In this document: positions 1 to 12,302 of the stretch, one piece after another | How the letters are laid out: each line of letters opens with the position of its first letter | Position numbering within the stretch: the stretch's first letter is position 1 | Source: Paraspadella gotoi | Lineage: Eukaryota; Animalia; Chaetognatha | Length of the DNA: 64,000 nt | Assembly (NCBI GenBank): GCA_051294375.1 | Contig: CM119264.1 | Coordinates: 31,501,477-31,565,476 of the forward strand | Direction of reading: 5' to 3' | Translations under genes and position numbers: made by a program | Notes under the pieces: model-generated | Told to the model about the DNA's origin: nothing | Seen by the model: only the letters and a program-made list of their open reading frames with translations | Databases searched by the model: none

Positions 1-295
1 CAAGGCAAGCAGAGGGGATGAGGTAAGGCACGAGAGGGGGATGATGTAAGCAAGGAGAGGGGATCAGGTAAAGCAGGGAGTGGGGATCCGAGGTAAGCAA
101 GGAGATGGCATCAGGTAAACATAGAAAGAAGATGAGTAAGTAAGGATAGGGATCAGGTAAGCGAAAGAGAGGAATGCAGGTAAAGTCAAGGGAGGGAATC
201 AGGTAAGCAAGAAGAGGGGATCAGGTAAGGCAAGGAGGGGACCAGGTTAGCCAAGGAGAGGGGATCAGGTAGGCAAGGAGAAGGGAACAGTTAAG
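1..295 (+). repeat. ~22-bp minisatellite GAGAGGGGATCAGGTAAGCAAG
   Basis: About 13 noisy copies, most containing AGGTAA; the consensus has CAG|GTAAGC. Confidence 0.85.
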
Positions 296-1078
296 TAGGG
301 GTCGTATATTAAATGTTAGATGGAGGGAATAAGGGAAACTAGAGGAGGTAAGGGGCGAACTGGGGTTAAGGCGTTGAGGGAAGGGGGGAAGGTAGGGGAA
401 GAACGGAGGGGAACCTTAAGGAAGGAGGAAGGGAGGGGAATCCTTAGTCAGAGGTGAGTCTTTGCGTCGAAATTCGAGAACCGAAACTCATTTATCATCG
501 AACGACAGAAAAAACTGAAAAGAGACGACGGGAGAGAGGGNNNNNNNNNNNNNNNNNNNNNNNNNNNNNNNNNNNNNNNNNNNNNNNNNNNNNNNNNNNN
601 NNNNNNNNNNNNNNNNNNNNNNNNNNNNNNNNNNNNNNNNNNNNNNNNNNNNNNNNNNNNNNNNNNNNNNNNNNNNNNNNNNNNNNNNNNNNNNNNNNNN
701 NNNNNNNNNNNNNNNNNNNNNNNNNNNNNNNNNNNNNNNNNNNNNNNNNNNNNNNNNNNNNNNNNNNNNNNNNNNNNNNNNNNNNNNNNNNNNNNNNNNN
801 NNNNNNNNNNNAAGGGGAGAGGGGAGGAAAAGGAAAAAAATACAGAATAAGAAAAAAGGAGGAAACTGGAAGGAGGAAAGAAAGAAACGGAAAGAGGAAA
901 GGAGAAAAAAAGTGGAAAGAAAAATGAATAGGAAGAGAAAAGAAAATGTATGAATATGAATGAAGGTTAATAGGAAATAAAAAGAAAAGATTGAATAATA
1001 GTAGATGAAATCAAAAAAGATATTTCATCTTACGATTCCATCTCACAATTCCTCACAACCTCACTTATTCTTTTTCAG

Positions 1079-1147
1079 GTTTCACCGAGAAGTCAAAACG
1101 CGGCAAAAGAAATGATATTTACAACCTCATAAACCTTCCGTGTTTGA

Positions 1148-1178
<31 letters not shown>

Positions 1179-1197
1179 GTCATCTTCACCGTCTGGA
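1079..1197 (+). CDS. IgSF gene, probable exon carrying the N-terminal part of Ig domain 1 (3' boundary uncertain)
   Basis: Polypyrimidine tract + TTTCAG acceptor at 1078. Phase-1 reading (G)FTEKSKRGKRNDIYNLINLPCLTSSSSSSSLSSSSSPSG supplies the B-strand 'LPC' Cys missing from the next exon. The best donor, GGA|GTTCGC, is phase 0 but the next exon needs phase 1. Confidence 0.55.
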
Positions 1198-1275
1198 GTT
1201 CGCAGACTTTTACTTGATCAACATCTTGTTCTTGTGTTACAATTGGCAAATGTTTAGTTAAATACTTACAGAACG

Positions 1276-1306
<31 letters not shown>

Positions 1307-1317
1307 TCATCATCATT

Positions 1318-1385
1318 AAACAAGTTTAAGCAAACAATGTCGGATCTTCCCACGATCATTAGCGGTAATTAATTAATTAATACAA
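1318..1385 (-). mobile_element. 3' end fragment of Helentron-associated (HINE/DINE-1-like) element
   Basis: AAACAAGTTTAAGCAAACAATGTCGGATCTTCCCACGATC is the same terminus as the other copies. Confidence 0.75.
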
Positions 1386-1399
1386 AAAAAATGGTTCCA

Positions 1400-1905
1400 T
1401 TGGGATTCCTCCCAACGGGATTCCTCCCACGCGGGATTCCTCCCACACGGGTTTCCTCCCACACGGGATTCCTCCCCAGGGGATTCCTCCCAATGGAATT
1501 GCTCCCACATGGGATTCCTCCCAAAGGAATTCCTCCCACACGGGATTCCTGTTTTTTTCCTATTGGACGTGCGCGTACGAGTGAAATCTCCGACTGGAGG
1601 GAATCCTGTGTGAGAGCGAAATCCCCCCTCGCGGTTAGGGGAATTCCCGTGCTGCCCGTTGTTGCGCTGAGGAATTACCCGGGCGTGGGTACGGAATTCC
1701 CGTGCATGCGGAGAATCCCGCGCGTGCGGAGGAGTGCCCGCAGATGGGAGGAATTTCCCGACATGGAGGAATCCGGAGGTGGAGCGAATTCCTGCCTGTG
1801 CGTGTAGTAATCCGCCGTGGGCTCTATCCCGCTAGTGGGGACAGGCATTCCCGCCGTGGGAGGATGTCCCGTGTGGGAGGAATCCGCGCGTGGTGCAGCA
1901 AATTC
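1400..1905. mobile_element. foldback-like element with inverted tandem arrays
   Basis: ~18-bp CGGGATTCCTCCCAC units on + (1402-1550), then noisy reverse-complement GTGGGAGGAATCCCG units (1595-1905) running into an N gap. Confidence 0.55.
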
Positions 1906-2403
1906 NNNNNNNNNNNNNNNNNNNNNNNNNNNNNNNNNNNNNNNNNNNNNNNNNNNNNNNNNNNNNNNNNNNNNNNNNNNNNNNNNNNNNNNNNNNNNNN
2001 NNNNNNNNNNNNNNNNNNNNNNNNNNNNNNNNNNNNNNNNNNNNNNNNNNNNNNNNNNNNNNNNNNNNNNNNNNNNNNNNNNNNNNNNNNNNNNNNNNNN
2101 NNNNNNNNNNNNNNNNNNNNNNNNNNNNNNNNNNNNNNNNNNNNNNNNNNNNNNNNNNNNNNNNNNNNNNNNNNNNNNNNNNNNNNNNNNNNNNNNNNNN
2201 NNNNNNNNNNNNNNNNNNNNNNNNNNNNNNNNNNNNNNNNNNNNNNNNNNNNNNNNNNNNNNNNNNNNNNNNNNNNNNNNNNNNNNNNNNNNNNNNNNNN
2301 NNNNNNNNNNNNNNNNNNNNNNNNNNNNNNNNNNNNNNNNNNNNNNNNNNNNNNNNNNNNNNNNNNNNNNNNNNNNNNNNNNNNNNNNNNNNNNNNNNNN
2401 NNN

Positions 2404-2940
2404 AAGTTAGAGCAAACAATGTCGGATCTGCCTACGATAATTATAAATAATAAATAAAAATAATAATTTAAATAATAAATTAATTAATTTGATCCAAAAT
2501 GTTTGTTTTTAGGTCTTTTCGTCACTGACCACAACAAAAGCAACGACGATGATGATTTTTCACTCGCACAATTTCATAAAAACTTTATATATCCAGCTCA
2601 ATCACACCTACGGTCCCACACACAAAATTTCATTCCATCCAATCACGAGCAATTGGAGTTTTTTGCTAAGGTGGGACGGACGGACGGACGGACATAGTTT
2701 TTTTTTAATCTTTTATCTATTGTTGTATTGTATTGTATTGTTGTTGTAAACAATTTCAAACGTTTTCTACTAATTAATAAACACAATGAAAAGAAAGGAA
2801 TTTACGATGAATAATTTATCGTAATTCGATGTTCTGACATGATATAAGTGAATGCTCGACAAGATTGAGGGGGCGGACCGACGGACCGACAAAGTGAATT
2901 ATAGAGTCGGAATCTGCTGATAAGCAGATCCGACGAAAAA
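2404..2940 (-). mobile_element. HINE/DINE-1-like non-autonomous Helentron
   Basis: Both termini present (GTCGGATCTGC subTIRs, 5' internal inverted repeat) and a (GGAC)n microsatellite. Confidence 0.8.
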
Positions 2941-3901
2941 CCATTCCTTTCAAACGCAATTATTTTTTTTTTTATAAATTTTTCATATTCAGATATTTTA
3001 AACATCAAGCATCAAGCTAATGTTTTCATTGTCTTGCTATGTTATTATTATATTGTAAAAGTGATGGAGGCCTTGACTCACTTTAGTCTATCCAAAGTCA
3101 GAGGCAAGATAGATTGTTTATTAAAGGAATTAATAATTATTATATTGGTTGTACTGGTTTATGGTTTAGAGTTCAAATTCATTGTTAAAGGCACGAACTG
3201 GTTTTAAAACGCATTCAATAAACGAGTCTGTTCTTCATCTTAACTTTTTGTTCATTAATTCAATTTTTAATTTAAATTCATAAAAAAAGTCAGTAACTCA
3301 ATTTTAACGTGAGTCGGTTTTCCCTTTTTTATGCCAACGTAAACTGGTGACGACAGAAAGGGAAAAATTTATGTTTATAAATAATAAAAATAAATGGATA
3401 TTTAAAAACATTAATTTAAAGTTGTTTTTTTTTAATCCCTTCGCGTCGCCGGGTGTTGGGAAAATTTGTGTCCGCGACGGAGGAAAGCTTAACGAGAGAG
3501 AGAGGGAGAGGGAGAGGGAGAGAGGGAGAGAGAGAGAGAGGGAGAGAGAAAGAGGGGGAGTGAGAGAAAGAAGAGAAGGGTGAAGATTAAGGGAGAGGGA
3601 GTAATGAAAGAGATAGAGATAGAAAATGGGAGAAAATATTAAAAAAAAGGAGGAGGAGGAAGAGGGAGAGGAGGAGAAGGAGGAAGAGGAGGGAGAGGAG
3701 GAGAAGGGGAGAGAGGAAGAAGAGGAGGACGAGGAAGAGGGAGAGGAGGAAGAGGAGAGAGAGGAGGAGAAAGAGATAGAGCAAATGTCTTCTTACACAA
3801 ATTTGATCTCAATTTGTGCCGAATTAAATTTTCTTTTCTATTCTTTTTTCTTCTTTCGAACTTTTCCTCTTCTCTCTCCCTCTCTCTCCCTCTCTCTCAC
3901 C

Positions 3902-3934
<33 letters not shown>

Positions 3935-3938
3935 GCAG

Positions 3939-4099
3939 AATCGGAAAAAGCTGCTATTTGGATCAAACATTCAGATTCAGCCGAAGAAAGTAAATTGTTG
4001 AGTCATGGAAGCCGGAGATTCGACGCGACAATCAGCACCGAGAAATATCAGTTCACGAAGACGAAAACCAAATTTTATCTTCACATTAATAAAGTGAAG
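3939..4099 (+). CDS. IgSF gene exon (Ig domain 1, C-E strands)
   Basis: (CT)n-GCAG acceptor and AAG|GTGAGA donor; xSEKAAIWIKHSDSAEESKLLSHGSRRFDATISTEKYQFTKTKTKFYLHINKVK, with C-strand Trp and E-strand 'YLHI'; phase 1 to 0. Confidence 0.85.
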
Positions 4100-4598
4100 G
4101 TGAGAGAAAAGTCACATCACGAAAGAGAGGCGCACGGCAGAAATTGTGAGTGATAAGCAAATAAGCAAAGTGGATCTGACGAAAAAAAAGTTTATCTCAT
4201 CGTCAAGTTAAGTGTAATTTACTCTATCTAGCCTAATTTTTGGTCGGTCGGTTCATCTCTAATTTATTTTGTTATTATATGTTTATTATTTGGGTCGTAT
4301 ATTAATGAAAAAAAGTTTTGTAAATACTATAAAACGCTTATTATAAATGTTATTATACATATTATCTGAAAATATAATTAAAAAAAACCTTAATATAGGA
4401 TAATTTATATGATATTTAATTACCCATTATTTGCAACTAAAAGTATAATTAAAGGCCTAAAGGTTTTTGGGTTTTTCGGGATATTATTATTACAAAATTA
4501 ACTGGAAAAATGATCACTTATGAAAAAAACCTTATAATTCTCGTTCTGTGTTTTACTATAACTTACCATAACCAATTATGACTGTATAGTGTATAATA

Positions 4599-5198
4599 AG
4601 GCGTAGTGAAAGTTACATACGAACAATTCTAAAAGTCAATTATGAACAACATACCATCAGTGAACATTAATTTGTAAAAAAAATTAATTTATGTTTTTTA
4701 TATTTTCGCAGTAGGCTATTTTATATAGTACTATTATAACGAAAAATTTCAAATAGGCTTTTCTTAATTTTGATTGCAGATTTGAATTCCTCGTCAAAAG
4801 TTGATAAAGAAAAATATAAATCGATTTAAAAAATTCTTTCATTAAGTGGGTTAAAAATTAAAAAACTATATTTAATATATAAAAAGTTTATTTTCAGCTA
4901 AAAATATAGCTTTTTTTAATTTTTGACCCACTTAATGAAGGAATTTTTTCAAAAAGAGTTATATTTCTTTTTATCAACTTTTTATGACGAATCCAAATCT
5001 GCAAAAAAATTCTAAAAAAATCTGTTTTGAAATTTTGACATTTATTGGTTTAGTACTAGTATAAATATGCCTACTGCGTAAATTGTAAAATTTATTATAA
5101 TCTTTTTATTACATAAATGTTTATTAGTATAATGTTGTTCGTTTGTTACTTTTTAGAATTTTAATTCAAGTTAAATTTAGGAATTTTGCTACGGCCCT
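4599..5198. mobile_element. MITE with TA target duplication (Tc1/mariner-type)
   Basis: TA|AGGCGTAGTGAAAGTT ... AATTTTGCTACGGCCCT|TA, internally quasi-palindromic; three dispersed copies. Confidence 0.8.
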
Positions 5199-5246
5199 TA
5201 GTGTATAACTAATTACACATTTTACACTTATCCCATTCCTGAAAAG

Positions 5247-5391
5247 CGCGTGGACAGTGGGACCTACAAATGTGGCAACAACTACACTTCGGTTCTCGCT
5301 GTAATGACGCGTCCAACTTGCCAACCGCAGCTGGCTGCGCTGAGGGAAAACAGGCCCTACCTTTTCACTTGCTCTGTTAAAGTCTATGGAG
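5247..5391 (+). CDS. IgSF gene exon (end of Ig1, start of Ig2)
   Basis: AAG acceptor and GAG|GTAAGT donor; RVDSGTYKCGNNYTSVLAVMTRPTCQPQLAALRENRPYLFTCSVKVYG contains the canonical DxGxYxC motif; phase 0 to 1. Confidence 0.92.
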
Positions 5392-5678
5392 GTAAGTTAA
5401 AGGGAAAAGGTGAGAGAGCGAAGATCGAGTGAGGTCAGAGGATGAAAAGAAAAAGCGAAGAATGAATGAGAGACAAAAACTGAACAATAAATTAGAAAGA
5501 GAAGAGAAAGAGAGAAGGGAGAAAGAAAGAGAAGGAAAGAGAGAGAGAGAGANNNNNNNNNNNNNNNNNNNNNNNNNNNNNNNNNNNNNNNNNNNNNNNN
5601 NNNNNNNNNNNNNNNNNNNNNNNNNNNNNNNNNNNNNNNNNNNNNNNTGGAGGGAACAAGGAGAGAAGAACAAAGAAG

Positions 5679-5734
<56 letters not shown>

Positions 5735-6542
5735 GAGGGAAAGAAAGTGCTGCGAGGAACACAAGGAAGAGAGAGTGGCGAGACAGATAAGAAGAGAGTG
5801 AGAGAGAGGAAGAAGAGAGAAAGAGTCAGATGAGCGATGGTTGAAATGGCGAACCCTGCCTGTCAGTATCAGGAGGAAAGAGGGAGAGACAGAGGAGAGA
5901 GGGAGAGAAGGGGGAGGAGAGAGAGGGAGAGGAAAGAAAACGAATGAGAGAAAAACGAATGAAGTTAGAAAGAAAGAAATGATATAAAGACATAAAATGT
6001 TAAGTGAACAGAGAATAGGAGGAGGAAGAGGAGGAAGAGGAGAAGGAAGAAAAGGAGGAGGAAGAGGAGGGGCGAGATAAGGTCAATGACGGGAATCAAC
6101 TCGAGGTCAAAAAATCTCGAGAAGAAAAAAAAAGTGAGAGAAAAGTGAAAGTTTTGGGTCATTAAGTCTGAGAAGAAAGATTTACGGTGGAAACCGGAAA
6201 AAATTACTAATAAATATCAACATAATTGTAACGCTTTTTAACAAATCCAAAAACAAAATGAATAAAGTGATGTGAAATAATAAAATTGTATAAATTTTAA
6301 AATTTAGTGTGTTAGAACATATAAAAATATGTAAATATTATTAGATTTTAGGACCGAATTTGAATTCGTTGCAAAAATTTCCTTTCTTCTCTCTTCATTT
6401 ATCTCTTGCTTTCTCTTTTCTCCCAATAGTTAAAGACACATATATTTTATTAAAATATCAAGTCAAATCTTATGGAAAAGTATTACACAACTTAACAAAA
6501 TTACAAAATATGTAAAAAACTTAAATTAGAAAAATATGTGAT

Positions 6543-6655
6543 ATGGCGCTAATGGCTGAAGAGTTCTGTCGGCCAAATTCTTTAAGCGCCTCTTAGCAGC
6601 CATGGAACGGGTCCTGGCTTGGAACCAGACTTGTGGGTTTTCACGCCTCTATGCC
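6543..6655 (-). mobile_element. 3' fragment of the SINE family
   Basis: Aligns by eye with 54200-54310 (TTCTTTAA...CAGCCATG...GAACCAG...GGGTTTTC). Confidence 0.5.
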
Positions 6656-8361
6656 GGTATGCGACTAAAGAGTCATCCTTATAGCGGGGTGAAGTTATTG
6701 CATTGCTCAACTACAAATATACGACTACATACAAATGAGATTATTGAACTTAATCTCATTGTAATAAAGAAAAAGTATATGAGACATTCTTTAACTCTCT
6801 CTCTTCCTCCTCATTCTATATCTCCTCTTACTTCCTCCTCTTCCTCCTCTCTCCCTCTTCCTTCTCCTCCTCTTTCCTCCTCTTCTTCCTCCTCCTCCCT
6901 TCTCATCCTTTTCTCCTTTTCCTCCTTCTTTTACCCTCCCTCCACTCTTCCACCTCTTCTTCCTCTTCCTCCTCATATTTCTTCTCCTTTTACTTCCTCC
7001 TCCTCCTCCTGCTCCCACCTCTTCCGCCTCCTTCTTCTTCCTCTATCATCCTACTCTCCTTTTAATTTCTCTCCTCTTTCTCTCCTCCTCTTCCTCCTCA
7101 TCTTTCTCTCCTTTTACTTTCTCCTCCACCTTTTCTCCTCCCTTATATTTCTCTCCTTTTACTTCCTCCTCCTCCTCCACCTGTTTCTCCTCTTTCTTCT
7201 CATCCTTCTCTCCCTTTACTTCCTCCTCCTCATCTTTCCTCTCTCCTCCTCCTACTTCCCTCTCATCCTTTCTCCTTTTTACTTTTCTCCTTCCATCCTC
7301 CTCTTCCTCCTCCTCTTCCTCCTCATCTTTCTCTCCTTTACTTCCTCCTCCTCGATCTTCCTCCTTCCTCCTCATCTTCCTCCTCCTCCTCATCTTCCTC
7401 CTCTTCCATTAGTCGATATCATCTTCCGCCTAATTTTTCTCTCTTTCAAGAAACTCATCGTTTGTCTCTCTCTCTCTCTCTCTGACTCTCTCTTTTCTTC
7501 TTTACTCTCTCTCTATTTTTTTTCTTCTTCTCCTTCCCTGTCGCTCTGTCCGTTTTTGAGTGATGGGTGAATGCCTGGAAGCAAATGGTTAAAAGGGAAA
7601 AAACGAGAAAGAGAGAGAGAGAGAGAAAGAGAGAATGAAAGAAAGAAATAAGTAAGAAAAAAAAAGAGAGATAGTCTTTTTCATTAGGTCATATTTATAC
7701 ATAGTATAAAACTGGTAAATTAGAAACTAAGAAAAAATGAGCAACAGAGAGAAAGGATAGAAAGAAAGAAAAAAAGAAAGAAAGAGAGAGAGAGAGACAA
7801 CCAGCGTTTTCTCTCTCTCATTCTGATTGATGAAATTTTCCTTTTAATTGAAAAATCTCGTTAGTCCTTCCTCAGAATTCGAATGGAAGAAAGGAGGAAG
7901 AAGAGGAAGAGGAGAACAGGAGGAGGAAGAGGAGGATAGGGAGGAGAAAGAGGAGGAAGAAGAGAAAGAGGAGAGAAAGGAAGAAAAAGAGAAGGAGGAG
8001 GAAGAGGAGGAGAAGGAAAAGGAAAGAAGAAAAAAGAAATAATAAGACAACTACAGGGTGTTTCAAGGCGGTTTAGCGACTTTACAAAAGAAATTTAGTA
8101 AGGTGAAGTTGTATTTTTTTTGTATTTTTTTTATAAAACGGTATAAGTGTATTTAAAGTCCAATATATTTTTATATTTTTAATACCAAAAACAATATTAA
8201 CATAATCAAAACAGTAACAGCGTAAAAAGAATGGATAACAAATAAAACTAAATTATGTATTGAAATTCAATAAAACAAAATATTAATATATTCATTTGTA
8301 TTTTCATTTACACAATTCAAAGTTGAAGAGGAATTTTCGTTTTGACGATTTAGGTACCTAA

Positions 8362-9455
8362 ATTGTTTAACCTAGATAATGATAAATTTATAAAGTTTAT
8401 TTGCTTTTTGCAACTTTGTTTATTGTGCCCTGGCATAAGATTGTTAACCGAGGTGATGTTAAATTTATAAAACTTGATTTTGCTTTTTGCCATTTTATTT
8501 ATTGTGCCCTTGGCTTAAGATTGTTTAACCGAGGTGATGTTTAAATTTATAAAGCTGATTTGCTTTTTGCTACTTTGTTTATTGTACCTTGGCATAAGAT
8601 TGTTTAACCGAGGTGATGTTAAATTTATAAAGCTGATTGCTTTTTTCCATTTTATTATTGTGCCCTGGCTTTAGATTTTTAACCAGGTGATGTTAAATTT
8701 ATAAAGCTGATTTGCTTTTTGCTACTTTGTTTTATTGGCCCTGGCATAAGATTGTGTAACCGAGAGGTGATGTTAAATTTATAAAGTGATTTGCTTTTTG
8801 CCATTTTATTTATTGTGCCCTGGCATAGATTGTTTAACCGAGGTGATGTTTAAATTTATAAAGCTGATTTGCTTTTTACCATTTTATCTTATTGTGCCCT
8901 GGCTTAAGATTGTTTAACCGAGGTGATTAAATTTATAAAGCTGATTTGCTTTTTGCTTCTTTTGTTATTGTGCCCTGGCATAAGATTGTTTAACCAAGGT
9001 GATGTTAAATTTATAATGCTGATTTGCTTTTTGCCATTTTATTTATTGTGCCCTGGCTTAAGATTGTTTAACCAGGTGATGTTAAATTTATAAAGCTGAT
9101 TTGCTTTTTTGCTACTTTGTTTATTGTGCGCCTGGCAAAGATTGTTTAACCAAGGTGATGTTAAATTTTAATGCTGATTTGCTTTTTGCCACTTATTTGA
9201 TTGGTGCCTGCGCTTAAGATTGTTTAACCGAGGTGATGTTAAATTTATAAAGCTGATTTTCTTTTTACCATTTTATTTATTGTGCCCTGGCTTAAGATTG
9301 TTTAACCGAGGTGATGTTAAATTTATAAAGCTGATTTGCTTTTTGCTACTTTGTTTATTGTGCCTGGCTTAAGATTGTTTAACCAAGGTGATGTTAAATT
9401 TATAATGCTGATTTGCTTTTTGCCACTTTATTTATTGTGCCCTGGCTTAAGATTG
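8362..9455. repeat. ~78-bp minisatellite, about 14 copies
   Basis: Unit AAGATTGTTTAACCGAGGTGATGTTAAATTTATAAAGCTGATTTGCTTTTTGC...TATTGTGCCCTGGC(A/T)T. Confidence 0.95.
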
Positions 9456-10291
9456 GATAATGATGATAATGATTTTAGAAAAGAAGATGCAAAAATAAAA
9501 AATTGTTTTCATGGACGCTCATTAAGTTTACTTTCAGAAAATGGGTATTTAGTATAATAACAATTCAGCATATGATGTTAGATGCATAAAGTACTTTTTA
9601 CTTATGAAACTGCAGCTCAGAAGTCAGAACCATTGCCAACATAATTCTGTCAAACCAGCTTCATATCTGTAACATTTTTTCAATTAAAAACTATCAAATT
9701 GTCTCAAATACGGAAGGACTACAATGAAAATATGTTAGGAAAGGCCTATGACAATCCTTATACCATGGTGACGTATAATTATTTAACCAAATAGCTGAAA
9801 AAAATATATTGGGTATTTTGAACAATTTGAATATTTCAAAATTAATAAAAAATTATTTCTAACATTTGCTTTGAGTGCAAATAAATTGAGGTACAGTAAA
9901 TGAATATTTTTATAACTGTACTAATTCAACAATTCTGTAACAGTTCCTTTGAGACACTCGGTAAAGATAAAAGTAAAAAAAAATAGAAAGAAAGAGAAAT
10001 GAGATAAAAATTTAAAATTAAATTAATAAAATAAAAAATTGTTTTTTTGAGAAACAAAAAGAGATAGAGTTCATTAAAGTCAAGTCTTCGTTAAGCTTTA
10101 CAATTTTGATATTGCTTAATTTTAACGATTATAAGTTCGAGTTTAAAAACCTCTTCTTTTTTCGTATAAATATCATCTTCATAAAAATGTCTAAATTTAT
10201 TCAGTTCTTTTTGACAATTTCGGTTTTTTGTGTTTATCACGTTTCTCATATAACAAATCGTTTTCATATTTCCCTTCACTTTCATATCGCA

Positions 10292-10323
<32 letters not shown>

Positions 10324-10460
10324 GCTCTCTCTCTCTCTCTGCATTTCAACAGCATGCAAGATCTCCGTTTTTTTACAGAGAAAAAAATCATTAATTCTTC
10401 GCCTAAACCCATCGAAATCCAAGGGGAGTCTTTTTCCCTCTGTCCTTTTTCTCCTTAAAG

Positions 10461-10500
<40 letters not shown>

Positions 10501-10683
10501 TTTTACAAAAGGATTCTCTCTTGATCCGATGTTAAATTCTTTAAAACGAAATTCGTGTCTTGAATTTTGTTGATTTTCGTTAAAACTTGAGATAATTAAT
10601 TCTTAACAAATAAAGATTAACAAAGTAATGAATCAAATGAAAATAAAACAAAATTTTAAAAAATCTCTAAACAAAATAAAAAA

Positions 10684-10815
10684 GAACCAGCTTGGAGGTT
10701 TGCCACACCCCCAAGGCGGCTTCCGGCCATCCTCACTCTTCCCATAGGGTAGGTACCGGGTTGGGATTGAACCCGGTCAGGAGCTAATGGCTTTAATCAA
10801 TGAGTCACCGGGTCA
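10684..10815 (-). mobile_element. tRNA-derived SINE
   Basis: On - strand: A-box-like GGTGACTCATTGATTAAAGC and B-box GGGTTCAATCCC; body shared with the 54198 and 57378/57519 copies. Confidence 0.7.
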
Positions 10816-10953
10816 GAACTCAAAGTATCAAGCTTATAGGGGGGGGGGTGAACCTCGGCAATGACCGACTGCAAAAATAAATATATAGAATTATTTGTCT
10901 GTAAAAAACTAGATGGTTGAATGAATAAATAAATGAATAAATGAATAAATGAA

Positions 10954-10984
<31 letters not shown>

Positions 10985-11009
10985 AATAAATTATCCGGAT
11001 TACCCAATA

Positions 11010-11505
11010 GGGCGTAGTGAAAGTTACATACGGTAATTCTAAAGGCCAATTATGAACAACATACCATCAGTGAACATTAATTTGTAAAAAAAAAATAATT
11101 TTATGTTTTTTTAATTTTCGCAGTAGGCTATATTTATATATAGTACTATCCTTATAAAATCGAAAAATTTCAAAATAGGCTTTTTTAAATTTTGATTGCA
11201 GATATAAATTTCTCATCAAAAGTTGATAAAAGAAAATATAAATTATTTTTAAAAATTCTTTCATTAAGTGGGTTAAAAATTAAAAAAACTATATTTAATA
11301 TATAAAAAAATAATTTTCAGATTAAAATATAGCTTTTTAATTTTGATATTTATTGGATTAGTACGAGTATAAATATGACCGACTGCGTAAATTGTAAAAT
11401 TTATTATAAATGTTTTTATTACATAAATGTTCATGAGTATAATGTTGTTCATTCCTCACTTTTAGAATTTTAATTAAAGTTAAATTTAAAAATTTTACTA
11501 TGCCT
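11010..11505. mobile_element. MITE, same family (internally deleted)
   Basis: TA|GGGCGTAGTGAAAG ... AATTTTACTATGCCT|TA. Confidence 0.8.
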
Positions 11506-11577
11506 TATTACCCAATCACAGATTCACTCAGACGACTCAATCACTCAATCGCCGAATCACCTCATCACATTCTTTAG

Positions 11578-11680
11578 GTCCAGCACCGGTGATTTACTGG
11601 ACGAAAGGAAATCACACGCGCAGAGGAAACGCGTCCTTTAATGGAATTTTAACTACATCATCGCTTCACTTCGTACCTAG
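11578..11680 (+). CDS. IgSF gene exon (Ig2 core)
   Basis: TTCTTTAG acceptor and TAG|GTGATG donor; GPAPVIYWTKGNHTRRGNASFNGILTTSSLHFVP continues 'CSVKVYG' with the PxPxIxW motif; phase 1 to 2. Confidence 0.92.
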
Positions 11681-12122
11681 GTGATGTAGTGAAGATGATG
11701 GAGTGAAGATGATGGAGTAAGGATGATGAGTGACAGTGATGGAGTTAGGATGATGTAGTGAGGATGATGGAGTGAGGATGTTTGAGTCACGATGATGGAG
11801 TGAAGATGATGGAGTAAGAATGATGAGTGACAGTGATGGAGTTAGGATGATGTAGTGAGGATTATGAAGTGAGGATGTTTGAGTCACGATGATGGAGTGA
11901 AGATGATAGAGTGAAGATGATGGAGTAAGTATGATAGAGTGAAGATGATGGAGTGAGGATGATGAGTGACAGTGATTGAGTGAGGATGATGTAGTGAGGA
12001 TGAGGAGTGAGGATTTTTGAGTCACGATGATGGAGTGAGGATAATGGTGTGAAGATGATGGAGTGAGGATGATGGATTGAGGATGATGTAGTGATGATGA
12101 TGTAGTGATGATGATGGAGTGA
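11681..12122 (+). repeat. ~14-bp minisatellite GATGATGGAGTGA(A/G) starting at the splice donor
   Basis: The array begins at the first intron base and fills most of the intron. Confidence 0.9.
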
Positions 12123-12302
12123 GCTTTTTATTTTCTCCTTTGCTTTCCGTTTCTTTGTTTTTCCATTTTTTTCCTTTAGTTTCTTTTCTTTTTTTTTTCC
12201 TTCGACTTATAATTTTCTCCTTTCTTTTATTCTCTTATTTTTTTTTCCTGTTTCTTCTTTTTTTATTCCAACTTTCTCTCCTTTTCTCTGTCTTCCACAC
12301 AG

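Noticed and set aside
2513-2560. Apparent acceptor TTTTTAG|GTCTTTTC as an extra exon
   Set aside because: The same sequence recurs at ~13984 inside the HINE repeat and has no compatible donor.
8362-9557. 26-aa coding repeat (LRR-like period)
   Set aside because: One open frame in a short unit is expected by chance; there is no LRR consensus or splice support.
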